From Takakia lepidozioides (Eukaryota; Plantae; Bryophyta), in NCBI GenBank assembly GCA_030704615.1, contig CM060734.1:18290001-18354000 (forward strand): a DNA stretch of 64,000 nucleotides, read 5' to 3'. A program made the translations under genes and the position numbers. A model generated the notes under the pieces. It did not search any database, was not told the origin of the DNA, and was given only the letters and a program-made list of their open reading frames with translations. The stretch's first letter is position 1, and each line of letters starts with the position of its first letter. Positions 12,170 through 24,100 of the stretch are shown here, piece after piece.

Positions 12170-13175
12170 GCAAGTCGGCCCCGAATTTCCAACGTAGAGG
12201 TAATTCTGAGCGCGGCAAGATGGGAATCCGGCGCCGGATTTCCATCCTGCAGGTAATTCGCAGCGCGGATAAATGGAAATCCGGCGTCGGATTTCCATCC
12301 GCCAGGTAGGGCGGCGCGCCAAATTTTCGTCATGCTGGTAATTCGGAGCCGGATGGATGGAAATCCGGCACCGGATTTCCATCCGCCAGGTAGGGCGGCG
12401 CGCGAAATTTCCGTCACGCAGGTAATTCTGCGCGCGGATGGATGGAAATCCGGCCCCGGATTTCCATCCGACAGGTAGGGCGGCGCGCGAAATTTCCGTC
12501 ACGCAGGTAATTTTGCGCGCGGATGGATGGAAATCCGGCGCCGGATTTCCATCCGCCGGGTAGGGCGGCGCGCCAAATTTTCGTCATGCTGGTAATTCGG
12601 AGCCGGATGGATGGAAATCCAGCGCCGGATTTCCATCCGCAAGGTAGGGCGGCGCGCGAAATTTCCGTCACGCAGGTAATTCTGCGCGCGGATGGATGGA
12701 AATCCGGCGCCGGATTTCCATCCGCCAGGTAGGGCGGCGCGCCAAATTTTCGTCATGCTGGTAATTCGGTGTCGGATTTCCATCCGCCAGGTAGGGCGGC
12801 GCGTGAAATTTCCGTCACGCAGGTAATTTTGCGCGCGGATGGATGGAAATCCGGCGCCGGAATTCCATCCGTCAGGTAGGGCGGCGCGCCAAATTTTCGT
12901 CATGCTGGTAATTCAGAGCCGGACGGATGGAAATCCGGCGCCGGATTTCCATCCGCCAGGTAGGGTGGCGCGCGAAATTTCCGTCACGCAGGTAATTCTG
13001 CGCGCGGATGGATGGAAATCCGGCGCCGGATTTCCATCCTGCAGGTAATTTCAAGCGCCGAATTTATGTCATGCAGGTAATTCGGAGCCCGGATGGATGG
13101 AAATTCGGCGCCGAATTTCCATCCGCCAGGTAGGTCTAAGCGCCGAATTACCATCCTGTAGGTAATTCTGAGCGT
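12170..13175. repeat. ~85-bp tandem array, each unit with a 30-bp palindrome GGATGGAAATCCGGCGCCGGATTTCCATCC
   Basis: Unit starts at 12351, 12436, 12521, 12605 and 12690. About 12 palindromes; two linker variants, mostly alternating. Confidence 0.9.
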
Positions 13176-13284
13176 GGCCGCTTGGTTTTTCGGAGAAAAA
13201 CACAGTAAACTGTTAGTTTTGTGGCTGAAGTCCACTTTTAGACATGTTTTTCATGGACTCCTTGACTGCTAGAGGGAAATCGGA

Positions 13285-14279
13285 ACGGCCCCGGACGGAA
13301 ATTCGGCGCCGTTTTTCCATCCTGCGAGGTTTTTATATCGTCCAGTTTTCGGCCTCACCACCCGACCGGACTTCCTTTGATGGGGTCCGGATGGAAATTC
13401 GGCGCCGAATTTCCATCCGGGGGATACTCTCTGTCGGACAGGTGCCGTCCTCTCCGCCCGAGGCGACTTCATCCGGGCGTCCCCTATTGGATATTCGTTG
13501 CCGAATTTCCGTCCGGGGGTTGAAATGTGACGGTCATATGTCGGTCTTTCCCCCCTCCCCGACTGCATCCGAATGGCCCCAGATGGAAATTCGGCGCCGT
13601 TTTTCCATCCGGGGAGGTTTTTATGTCGACCAGTTTTCGGCCTGACCCCCCGACACGACTTCCTTTGGGGGGGCCCGGATGGAAATTCGGCGCCGAATCT
13701 CCATCCAGGGATGCTCTCTGTCGGACACGTGCCGGCCTCTCCGCCCGAGGCGACTTCATCTGGGCGTCCCCTGTTGGATATTCGGTGCCGAATTTCCGTC
13801 CGGGGGTTGAAATGTGACGGCCAGGTGCCGGCCTCTCCCCCTCCCCGACTGCATCCGAACAGCCCCGGATGGAAATTCGACGCCGTTTTTCCATCCGGGG
13901 AGGTTTTTATGTCGACCAGTTTTCGGCCTGACCCCCCGACACGACTTCCTTTGGGGGGGCCCGGATGGAAATTCGGCGCCGAATCTCCATCCAGGGGATA
14001 CTCTCTGTCGGACACGTGCCGGCCTCTCCGCCCGAGGCGACTTCATCCGGGCGTCCCCTATTGGATATTCGGTGCCAAATTTCCGTCCGGGGTTGAAATG
14101 TGATGGCCATGTGCCGGCCTTTCCCCCCTCCCCGACTGCCTCCGAACGGCCCCGGATGGAAATTCGGCGCCGTTTTTCCATCCGGGGAGGTTTTTATGTC
14201 GGCTTGTTTTCGGCCTGACCCCCCGACACGACTTCCTTTGGGGGGATCCGGATGGAAATTCGGCGCTGAATTTCCATCT
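13285..14279. repeat. ~287-bp tandem array (about 3.5 copies), three GAAATTCGGCGCCG palindromic cores per unit
   Basis: CCGGATGGAAATTCGGCGC anchors at 13387, 13675, 13961 and 14248. Confidence 0.9.
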
Positions 14280-14890
14280 AGCAATCTTGTGCGGAGATTG
14301 TGATAAGTCGGAGGCACGTACGTGGATCTGGACTCCGAGGTTGCTCTAACGGCATAAACAAATGTCGGAAGCATTGCCACATTAAATGGTATGTTGGCCT
14401 CAAAGAAAAACTGCGCCCATTTTTTATCCAACTGTCTTTTCGCAGACAAGTTAAGACCTTCTTGCATGGATTGCTGCCGTAATCCTCTACTCCGTTGAAG
14501 TGTAAGGGTACAAAGAGGTGTTGAAGCAGGTGTTGCTCCGGCACAACCCACTTATCCAAGGACATCCGAAGCCTCACAAGAGTCGCCCTGGGTACTAATC
14601 GAGGCATCCTGACGGGAAGATGGAGTGTTCGGCTCAGAGGTCATGTCCAGATCCAAAGACATTGGAATATTGCCTCCATACTGGGCATAGATGCTTTAGG
14701 GCATAAACCCAACCCAGCGCTCTTCACACCTTTATAGCCGAGGTGAGCAAGCAACCGATCCTTACGATAAGAAAGCTTTAATCCACATAGGTTGCACTCA
14801 ACACTACCAGTGGCACTGACAGTGTTCGGGATTGCCGTATACTAAGGGCTCTATTCCTCCCTCATCTTCACCCAATATCCACTCCCCTGG
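14280..14890 (-). pseudogene. hAT transposase N-terminal fragment (BED zinc finger plus start of DUF659 region), truncated by the palindrome array
   Basis: VECNLCGLKLSYRKDRLLAHL (BED-like) and LDKKWAQFFFEANIPFNVA...PPTYHNLRTRLLD, both typical plant hAT motifs. Confidence 0.8.
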
Positions 14891-15289
14891 GACCTAGCAA
14901 TGCAAGCAACAAAAAACAGTCACCTATAAATGAACGTGTTGTGAATGTAGAGTGCAATGCGATAGCCCAACACTTCTACACCTGTCAGCAACCCAAGTGG
15001 GTCGATGTGGGTTGTAGTGTTGAGCTTATACACAATCTGCTGAAGTGGCTTTGGTGGAAGCCACAACGGCAAAAGGTGCGCACCCTCCTCCTAGGCTACA
15101 CTCTCGTTCAATGGAAGATAACATCCAAAACAACCTCAAGTGTTTGCGCCAAAAGAAGTGAAGAGCTTGGTGACCCTCCTCCCTTATATATGATCCAAGA
15201 GGGATGAAAGTGAAATGAAAATGAAATGAATAAATGACGAACCAATAACGCCCACCAGAAAAAGGCTGTACAACCATATTTGTTGTAAT

Positions 15290-16350
15290 TTTGAAATTAC
15301 GCGACCGCTAATACTACGGTCGCTATTTTTATTTTATTTTATGAAAAACAAACGACCGCCACTACTGCGGTCGTTTTTATTTCCTTTCATTTTGTGTAAT
15401 ATTGCGGTCACTTCTATTTTGTATATTTTTAAATTTAAGCGACCGCCCGTATGGCGGTCGCTATTGTTTTTTATTTCAAAATATAATGCGACTGCCGGTA
15501 TGGCGGTCGCTTCATTTGTTAATATATTTAAAATAAAGCGACCGCCAATATGGTGGCCGCTTTTATTCTTAATATTTAAAAAAAAACGCGACCGCCAGTA
15601 AGGCGGTCGCTTTTAATCTTTATATTTTCAAGTTTAAGCGACCAACTTAATATATATTTTAAAATTGACGCGACCGCCGGTTTGGTGGTCACAAATATTG
15701 TATTGTTTTAAAACAAGCGACCACCGGTGTGGCGGTCGCTTTTATTTTCATATGTCGCTTGTTTTTTTTATAATAATTTTAAATTTACCGACCGCCGTAT
15801 GGCGGTCGTTTGTTTTTCTATATATTTTTTAAATTAAGCGACCGCCCAATGGCGGTCGCTGTTTTTTTTATATTTTTAAAATTATCCGACCGTCCTCGCT
15901 TGTTCTGTACATATTTACAAAATTGTGCGACCGCCAATACGGCAGTCGCTTGTTTTCTTTTTTTAAATTAGGCGACCGCCAATACGACCGCCAATCTTGT
16001 TTTTTTGAAAAAATAAATTGAAGCGACTGCCAAGATAGTGGTCGCTATTTTTTTTTAAAAATTCGAAAAATAAAACGACTGCCAGTGCGACCGCCAATCT
16101 TGCTTTAAAAAATAAATAAATTGAAGCGACCGCCAATATGGCGGTCACTATTTCTTTTTCTATTTCGAAAAATAAAGCGACCGCCAGTGCGACTGCCAAT
16201 CTTGCTTTTAAAAAAAAAATTGAAGCGACCGCCAATACGGCGGTTGCTATTTCTTTTTCAATTTCGAAAAACAAAGCGACCGCCATAATTGGCGGTCGCG
16301 TTCAGTTTGTTAATTTTCAAAATGTATTTGCCACCGCCACCGTGTCGGCG
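15290..16350. repeat. AT-rich region densely punctuated by GCGACCGCC / GGCGGTCGC motifs (TE subterminal-type repeats)
   Basis: More than 20 GCGACCG-type motifs, often as short inverted pairs. The same motif occurs at ~1065-1200, 1585-1650 and 17325-17660. Confidence 0.75.
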
Positions 16351-18142
16351 ATGTGGCTGCTTAAGTGACAATATTTTACCTGCTACTATTTTTACCAGAA
16401 TATTCCCCGAACCTGACGTGACGGAGGTCCCGTCAGCGTCAGGTCTGACATGACCTGACGCTGACGGACGGACGTGATGCTGATAACCGGGCTCTAGGCA
16501 TGTCATGATTTTAGCTGTAATTGGGGTTACTCCCAAGTCTGAAGGAGCCAGACTGATATTGGTGTAAGATAGGCTCTCCTTTGGTTACTTACATTGCGAG
16601 GAAATAAATACGGGGCTGAGACCAACACGCCCTTTTGCATGGTATAGTGGGAATGCCCACATGGAGCATGCATTGACATTTGGTACTGTGAAGGTTGAGT
16701 TACGCAATTGTGATTGCTAAACACCTGATGTACTTTGCTGATGGCTTCCAAGCAATATCCAGAAAGAACATAGATCCATACCGACTACTTTATTATGCAA
16801 TAGGCCTAGGAAGTGCCAGTCCCCATCCAAAAGATCAACATTCCTCACTCTATTGGGGCCTGCTGGGTTCGCATGAAACCAGTGCCCCAAAGCAAATAGG
16901 TGTATTCAGCGAGACCACACCACCACGACAATATAATCCCACCCCACCATGACAGGCTATACATGAATTGGTATATGAAATGGCCATTAATTGTGCGAGT
17001 GATACCTGCCTAAAAGGGGGGAATTTTTTAATGAAAAAATGGTATACCCTTACCGGTGTGTACACAGATAGAATTTAGCCCAACTATAGAGCCGTTACAA
17101 ATACAATTGCAATCCTGAGATTATAAATGAATGCGGTCCTTCAAGTTTAGAGTCAATTTGAAACAATAAAAAACACTGAATAAAGTTAGGAGAGGAAGCC
17201 TATAATGTCCATCTGCTTTTCTTTTAAAAAAGCACTTGAAAGGGGACGGAGCCCATTGATTGAGGGTGGGAAATTATCATATCGACGAGGCCGTGGAAGC
17301 TGACAGTGGCGAAACTCTCAACTATGGGCGACCGCTGAGGTGGCGGTCATTCCAGAGAGAACTTCCGGCGACAGCTGAAGCGGTCCCCTCTATACATAAA
17401 AAAAATGACCTTTCACGGCCCTTTTTTCCACGTCTTTGTGCCTTTTTTTAGTTTAATGTGAGGAAAGGGCCTCCGGCCCCTTTCTCTTAAAACAAATCAA
17501 ATAATTCCAAATAAAACGTATCCAGGGCACCGTCCCCTGTTACTTTAGTAAAAAAGAAAAATGACGATTGCAGCGGGTCCACGTTTAGTGGGCGACCGCC
17601 TCAAGTGGTCGCCAAGTCCTACCGTTGGTTGGCTGGGCGACAGGCTCAAGCGGTCCACTATAGCACAGGTTGCCTGAGCGGCACCATCCGCGACCACCAC
17701 AGGGCACTGTTATATTCAGAAGAGAGACTACCTGTACAGAGGCACCGGTGATCTACATAGACCAGGGAGATAAAGAAGAGGAAGAGGAGTCCCGGGGGTG
17801 CTGGAAAATGGCAAGAAGATGGGGTGGCCGAGTAGGATATCACATGAGGCAAGACTAAAACTGAGCGGTGCCCTTCAGCCTGGTACTACAAAATAGAGGG
17901 TGCCCACAAATCCTGTACTAATGGCAGATGCCATCTTTTTTGTGTCTGAATTCGCACATCTATATGTTGGCCAGGTTTCTTATGGCAACAGGATAATGTA
18001 GGTTGAAACCTCTATATGGCAGGGGTCCATATATGTGATATTTGAATTGTATTCTTACTTATTGTCTAGAAGGTATGATGAAAAGGATACGTGCCAACGG
18101 CGCTCCACACTTGGGGAGCTGAAAGAGCTGCCACTATGAGAC

Positions 18143-21100
18143 TTTGGCACGCACATGGCTACATTACACGCCCCATTCAAAAACGGAATGAAAAACAAAT
18201 CGTGAGCACGCGAAACACAGTCCAACAGGTCCCAAAGCAGTAGCAGCTCCAACAAAATACATTCAACGGGTGAACGGATGGTTGCCCATCCAAATCATTT
18301 TTGTTAGCTTCCAAACGTTGCCAGCACGTTCCAGACACCCTTTCACAGGTCCCGGACTAAATATCAGATCAATCGAAAATTCATTCGATGGCTCAACGGA
18401 TGGTTGGCCATCGAAATGATTTTGGTTCGCTTTGAGATTTGGCCACTATGTTCCATGTGCCATGTAAGAGGCCCCAGAGTAATATCAGATCAATCGAAAT
18501 TCGTTCAATGGGCCAACGGATGGTTGCCCATCCAAATGATTTTTCGTTCGCTTTCAAACCTTGGCCAGTGTGTTCAATGTACACCCTCTGATACGTCCCA
18601 GTGTAATACGAGATCAATCGAAAATCATTCCATTGTCCAATGAGGCGTTCATTTGTCATCTGGTTTTTGTTCAATGCGAAAAAGAAATCCTGCAATGCGT
18701 GCACGGCTATTGCACCCATTGAACGGTTGTGGTTGAAGCCCCTCTTTTGCCCGCACGTGCTCGAACACGTGTGCGACACATGTGCGGAGACACAACAGAC
18801 GAATAAATCATTTGCCTCCCCATCGACGCGCTCCCCCCTCAAGCCATTCCACATTTTTAATTGAATTTAAATTTAGTTTAAGCCAATAAATAGGTTTGCA
18901 CTGCCTTTCAGTGGGGTTTCTGGCACGTATCGATTTTGTTTTTGGCTCAATTTTGTTCTGCGGCTTCCAGCATCCCACGGCTACTCCCCCGCCAAAATTT
19001 GGACCAATCAAAAATGCCCCCCCAAAAAAGGTGTTCTCTTTTCCCTCACCATTGCAGAACTCTCTATGAAGAGTGCATGAAGTAGAACGCCAAATCAAGT
19101 TTGGAGTGCAAAACAGGGAAGAAACTGACTTGATTTGGCGTTCTACTTCATGCACTCTTCATAGAGAGTTCTGCAATTGTGAGCGGAAAGAGAACACCTT
19201 TTTTGGGGGGCATTTTTGATTGGTCCAAATTTTGGCGGGGGAGTAGCCGTGGGATGCTGGAAGCCGCAGAACAAAATCGATACGTGCCAGAAACCCCCAC
19301 TGAAAGGCAGTGCAAACCTATTTATTGGCTTAAAATAATTTTAAATTCAATTAAAAATGTGGAATGGCTTGAAGGGGAAGCGCGTCGATGGGGAGGCAAA
19401 TGATTTATTCGTCTGTTGTGTCTCCGCACACGTGTTCGAGCACGTGCGGGCAAAAGAGGGGCTTCAACCACAACCGTTCAATGGGTGCAATAGCCGTGCA
19501 CGCATTGCCGGATTTCTTTTTCGCATTGAACAAAAACCAGATTAAGACGAGTGAACGCCTCATTGGACAATGGAACGATTTTCGATTGATCTCGTATTAC
19601 ACTGGGACGTATCAGAGGGTGTACATTGAACACACCGGCCAAGGTTTGAAAGCGAACGAAAATCATTTGGATGGGCAACCATCCGTTGGCCCATTGAACG
19701 AATTTCGATTGATCTGATATTACTCTGGGGCCTCTTACATGACACATCGAACATAGTGGCCAAGTCTCAAAGCGAACCAAAATCATTTCGATGGCCAACC
19801 ATCCGTTGAGCCATCGAATGAGTTTTCGATTGATCTGATATTAGTCCGGGACCTGTGAGAGGGTGTCTGGAACGTGCTGGCAAAGTTTGGAAGGTAACAA
19901 AAATGATTTGGATGGGCAACCATCCGTTCACCCGTTGAATGTATTCTGTTGGAGCTGCTATTGCTTTGGGACCTGTTGGACCGTGTTTCGCGTGCTCACG
20001 ATTTGTTTTTCATTCCGTTTTTGAATGGGGCGTGTATTGTAGCCATATGCAATGTGCGTGCCAAATTTGGGAGCGATCGAAATTCATTTGGACCCAAAAC
20101 CACAGTTTCTTCCCTGTTTTGCACTCCAAACTTGATTTGGCGTTCTACTTCATGCACTTTTCATAGAGAGTTCTGCAATAGTGAGCGAAAGAGAACACCT
20201 TTTTTGGGGGGGCATTTTTGATTGGTCCAAATTTTGGCGGGGAGTAGCCGTGGGATGCTGGAAGCCGCAGAACAAAATCGATACGTGCCAGAAACCCCCA
20301 CTGAAAGGCAGTGCAAACCTATTTATTGGCTTAAAATCAATTTAAATTCAATTAAAAATGTGGAATGGCTTGAGGGGGGAGCGCGTCGATGGGGAGGCAA
20401 ATGATTTATTCGTCTGTTGTGTCTCCGCACACGTGTTCGAGCACGTGCGGGCAAAAGAGGGGCTTCAACCACAACCGTTCAATGGGTGCAATAGCCGTGC
20501 ACGCATTGCCGGATTTCTTTTTCGCATTGAACAAAAACCAGATTAAGACGAGTGAACGCCTCATTGGACAATGGAACGATTTTCGATTGATCTCGTATTA
20601 CACTGGGACGTATCAGAGGGTGTACATTGAACACACCGGCCAAGGTTTGAAAGCGAACGAAAATCATTTGGATGGGCAACCATCCGTTGGCCCATTGAAC
20701 GAATTTCGATTGATCTGATATTACTCTGGGGCCTCTTACATGGCACATCGAACATAGTGGCCAAGTCTCAAAGCGAACCAAAATCATTTCGATGGCCAAC
20801 CATCCGTTGAGCCATCGAATGAGTTTTCGATTGATCTGATATTAGTCCGGGACCTGTGAGAGGGTGTCTGGAACGTGCTGGCAAAGTTTGGAAGGTAACA
20901 AAATGATTTGGATGGGCAACCATCCGTTCACCCGTTGAATGTATTCTGTTGGAGCTGCTATTGCTTTGGGACCTGTTGGACTGTGTTTCGCGTGCTCACG
21001 ATTTGTTTTTCATTCCGTTTTTGAATGGGGCGTGTAATGTAGCCATATGCAATGTGCGTGCCAAATTTGGGAGCGATCGAAATTCATTTGGACCCAAAAC

Positions 21101-24100
21101 CACAGTTTCTGGGTCCAAATGAATTTTGATCGCTCCCAAATTTTGCACGCACATGGCTACATTACACGCCCCATTCAAAAACGGAATGAAAAACAAATCG
21201 TGAGCACGCGAAACACAGTCCAACAGGTCCCAAAGCAATAGCAGCTCCAACAAAATACATTCAACGGGTGAACGGATGGTTGCCCATCCAAATCATTTTT
21301 GTTAGCTTCCAAACGTTGCCAGCACGTTCCAGACACCCTTTCACAGGTCCCGGACTAAATATCAGATCAATCGAAAATTCATTCGATGGCTCAACGGATG
21401 GTTGGCCATCGAAATGATTTTGGTTCGCTTTGAGATTTGGCCACTATGTTCCATGTGCCATGTAAGAGGCCCCAGAGTAATATCAGATCAATCGAAATTC
21501 GTTCAATGGGCCAACGGATGGTTGCCCATCCAAATGATTTTTCGTTCGCTTTCAAACCTTGGCCAGTGTGTTCAATGTACACCCTCTGATACGTCCCAGT
21601 GTAATACGAGATCAATCGAAAATCATTCCATTGTCCAATGAGGCGTTCATTTGTCATCTGGTTTTTGTTCAATGCGAAAAAGAAATCCTGCAATGCGTGC
21701 ACGGCTATTGCACCCATTGAACGGTTGTGGTTGAAGCCCCTCTTTTGCCCGCACGTGCTCGAACACGTGTGCGACACATGTGCGGAGACACAACAGACGA
21801 ATAAATCATTTGCCTCCCCATCGACGCGCTCCCCCTCAAGCCATTCCACATTTTTAATTGAATTTAAATTTAGTTTAAGCCAATAAATAGGTTTGCACTG
21901 CCTTTCAGTGGGGGTTTCTGGCACGTATCGATTTTGTTTTCGGCTCAATTTTGTTCTGCGGCTTCCAGCATCCCACGGCTACTTCCCCGCCAAAATTTGG
22001 ACCAATCAAAAATGCCCCCCCAAAAAAGGTGTTCTCTTTCGCTCACCATTGCAGAGCTCTCTATGAAGAGTGCATGAAGTAGAACGCCAAATCAAGTTTG
22101 GAGTGCAAAACAGGGAAGAAACTATGGTTTTGGGTCCAAATGAATTTTGATCGCTCCCAAATTTGGCACGCACATGGCTACATTACACGCCCCATTCAAA
22201 AACGGAATGAAAAACAAATCGTGAGCACGCGAAACACAGTCCAACAGGTCCCAAAGCAATAGCAGCTCCAACAAAATACATTCAACGGGTGAACGGATGG
22301 TTGCCCATCCAAATCATTTTTGTTAGCTTCCAAACTTTGCCAGCACGTTCTAGACACCCTCTCACAGGTCCCGGACTAAATATCAGATCAATCGAAAATT
22401 CATTCGATGGCTCAACGGATGGTTGGCCATCGAAATGATTTTGGTTCGCTTTGAGACTTGGCCACTATGTTCAATGTGCCATGTAAGAGGCCCCAGAGTA
22501 ATATCAGATCAATCGAAATTCGTTCAATGGGCCAACGGATGGTTGCCCATCCAAATGATTTTTCGTTCGCTTTCAAACCTTGGCCAGTGTGTTCAATGTA
22601 CACCCTCTGATACGTCCCAGTGTAATACGAGATCAATCGAAAATCGTTCCATTGTCCAATGAGGCGTTCACTTGTCATCTGGTTTTTGTTCAATGCGAAA
22701 AAGAAATCCTGCAATGCGTGCACGGCTATTGCACCCATTGAACGGTTGTGGTTGAAGCCCCTCTTTTGCCCGCACGTGCTCGAACACGTGTGCGACACAT
22801 GTGCGGAGACACAACAGACGAATAAATCATTTGCCTCCCCATCGACGCGCTTCCCCCTCAAGCCATTCCACATTTTTAATTGAATTTAAATTGATTTTAA
22901 GCCAATAAATAGGTTTGCACTGCCTTTCAGTGGGGGTTTCTGGCACGTATCGATTTTGTTCTGCGGCTTCCAGCATCCCACGGCTACTCCCCCGCCAAAA
23001 TTTGGACCAATCAAAAATGCCCCCCCAAAAAAGGTGTTCTCTTTCGCTCACTATTGCAGAACTCTCTATGAAGAGTGCATGAAGTAGAACGCCAAATCAA
23101 GTTTGGAGTGCAAAACAGGGAAGAAACTGTGGTTTTGGGTCCAAATGAATTTCGATCGCTCCCAAATTTGGCACGCACATTGCATATGGCTACATTACAC
23201 GCCCCATTCAAAAACGGAATGAAAAACAAATCGTGAGCACGCGAAACACAGTCCAACAGGTCCCAAAGCAATAGCAGCTCCAACAGAATACATTCAACGG
23301 GTGAACGGATGGTTGCCCATCCAAATCATTTTTGTTACCTTCCAAACTTTGCCAGCACGTTCCAGACACCCTCTCACAGGTCCCGGACTAATATCAGATC
23401 AATCGAAAACTCATTCGATGGCTCAACGGATGGTTGGCCATCGAAATGATTTTGGTTCGCTTTGAGACTTGGCCACTATGTTCGATGTGCCATGTAAGAG
23501 GCCCCAGAGTAATATCAGATCAATCGAAATTCGTTCAATGGGCCAACGGATGGTTGCCCATCCAAATGATTTTCGTTCGCTTTCAAACCTTGGCCGGTGT
23601 GTTCAATGTACACCCTCTGATACGTCCCAGTGTAATACGAGATCAATCGAAAATCGTTCCATTGTCCAATGAGGCGTTCACTCGTCTTAATCTGGTTTTT
23701 GTTCAATGCGAAAAAGAAATCCGGCAATGCGTGCACGGCTATTGCACCCATTGAACGGTTGTGGTTGAAGCCCCTCTTTTGCCCGCACGTGCTCGAACAC
23801 GTGTGCGGAGACACAACAGACGAATAAATCATTTGCCTCCCATCGACGCGCTCCCCCCTCAAGCCATTCCACATTTTTAATTGAATTTAAATTGATTTTA
23901 AGCCAATAAATAGGTTTGCACTGCCTTTCAGTGGGGGTTTCTGGCACGTATCGATTTTGTTCTGCGGCTTCCAGCATCCCACGGCTACTCCCCCGCCAAA
24001 ATTTGGACCAATCAAAAATGCCCCCCCAAAAAAGGTGTTCTCTTTCGCTCACTATTGCAGAACTCTCTATGAAAAGTGCATGAAGTAGAACGCCAAATCA

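Noticed and set aside
12170-13175. CRISPR array (regularly spaced 30-bp palindromic repeats)
   Set aside because: The spacers are two recurring near-identical linkers rather than unique sequences, there are no cas genes, and the context is eukaryotic.
14248-14281. Helitron 3' end (hairpin followed by CTAG)
   Set aside because: The CTAG is part of the hAT reading frame (RLLD), so the junction is better explained by microhomology.
12109-14303. Long overlapping ORFs in all frames
   Set aside because: By-product of GC-rich palindromic repeats. ORF 13907-14551 is a hAT/repeat chimera.
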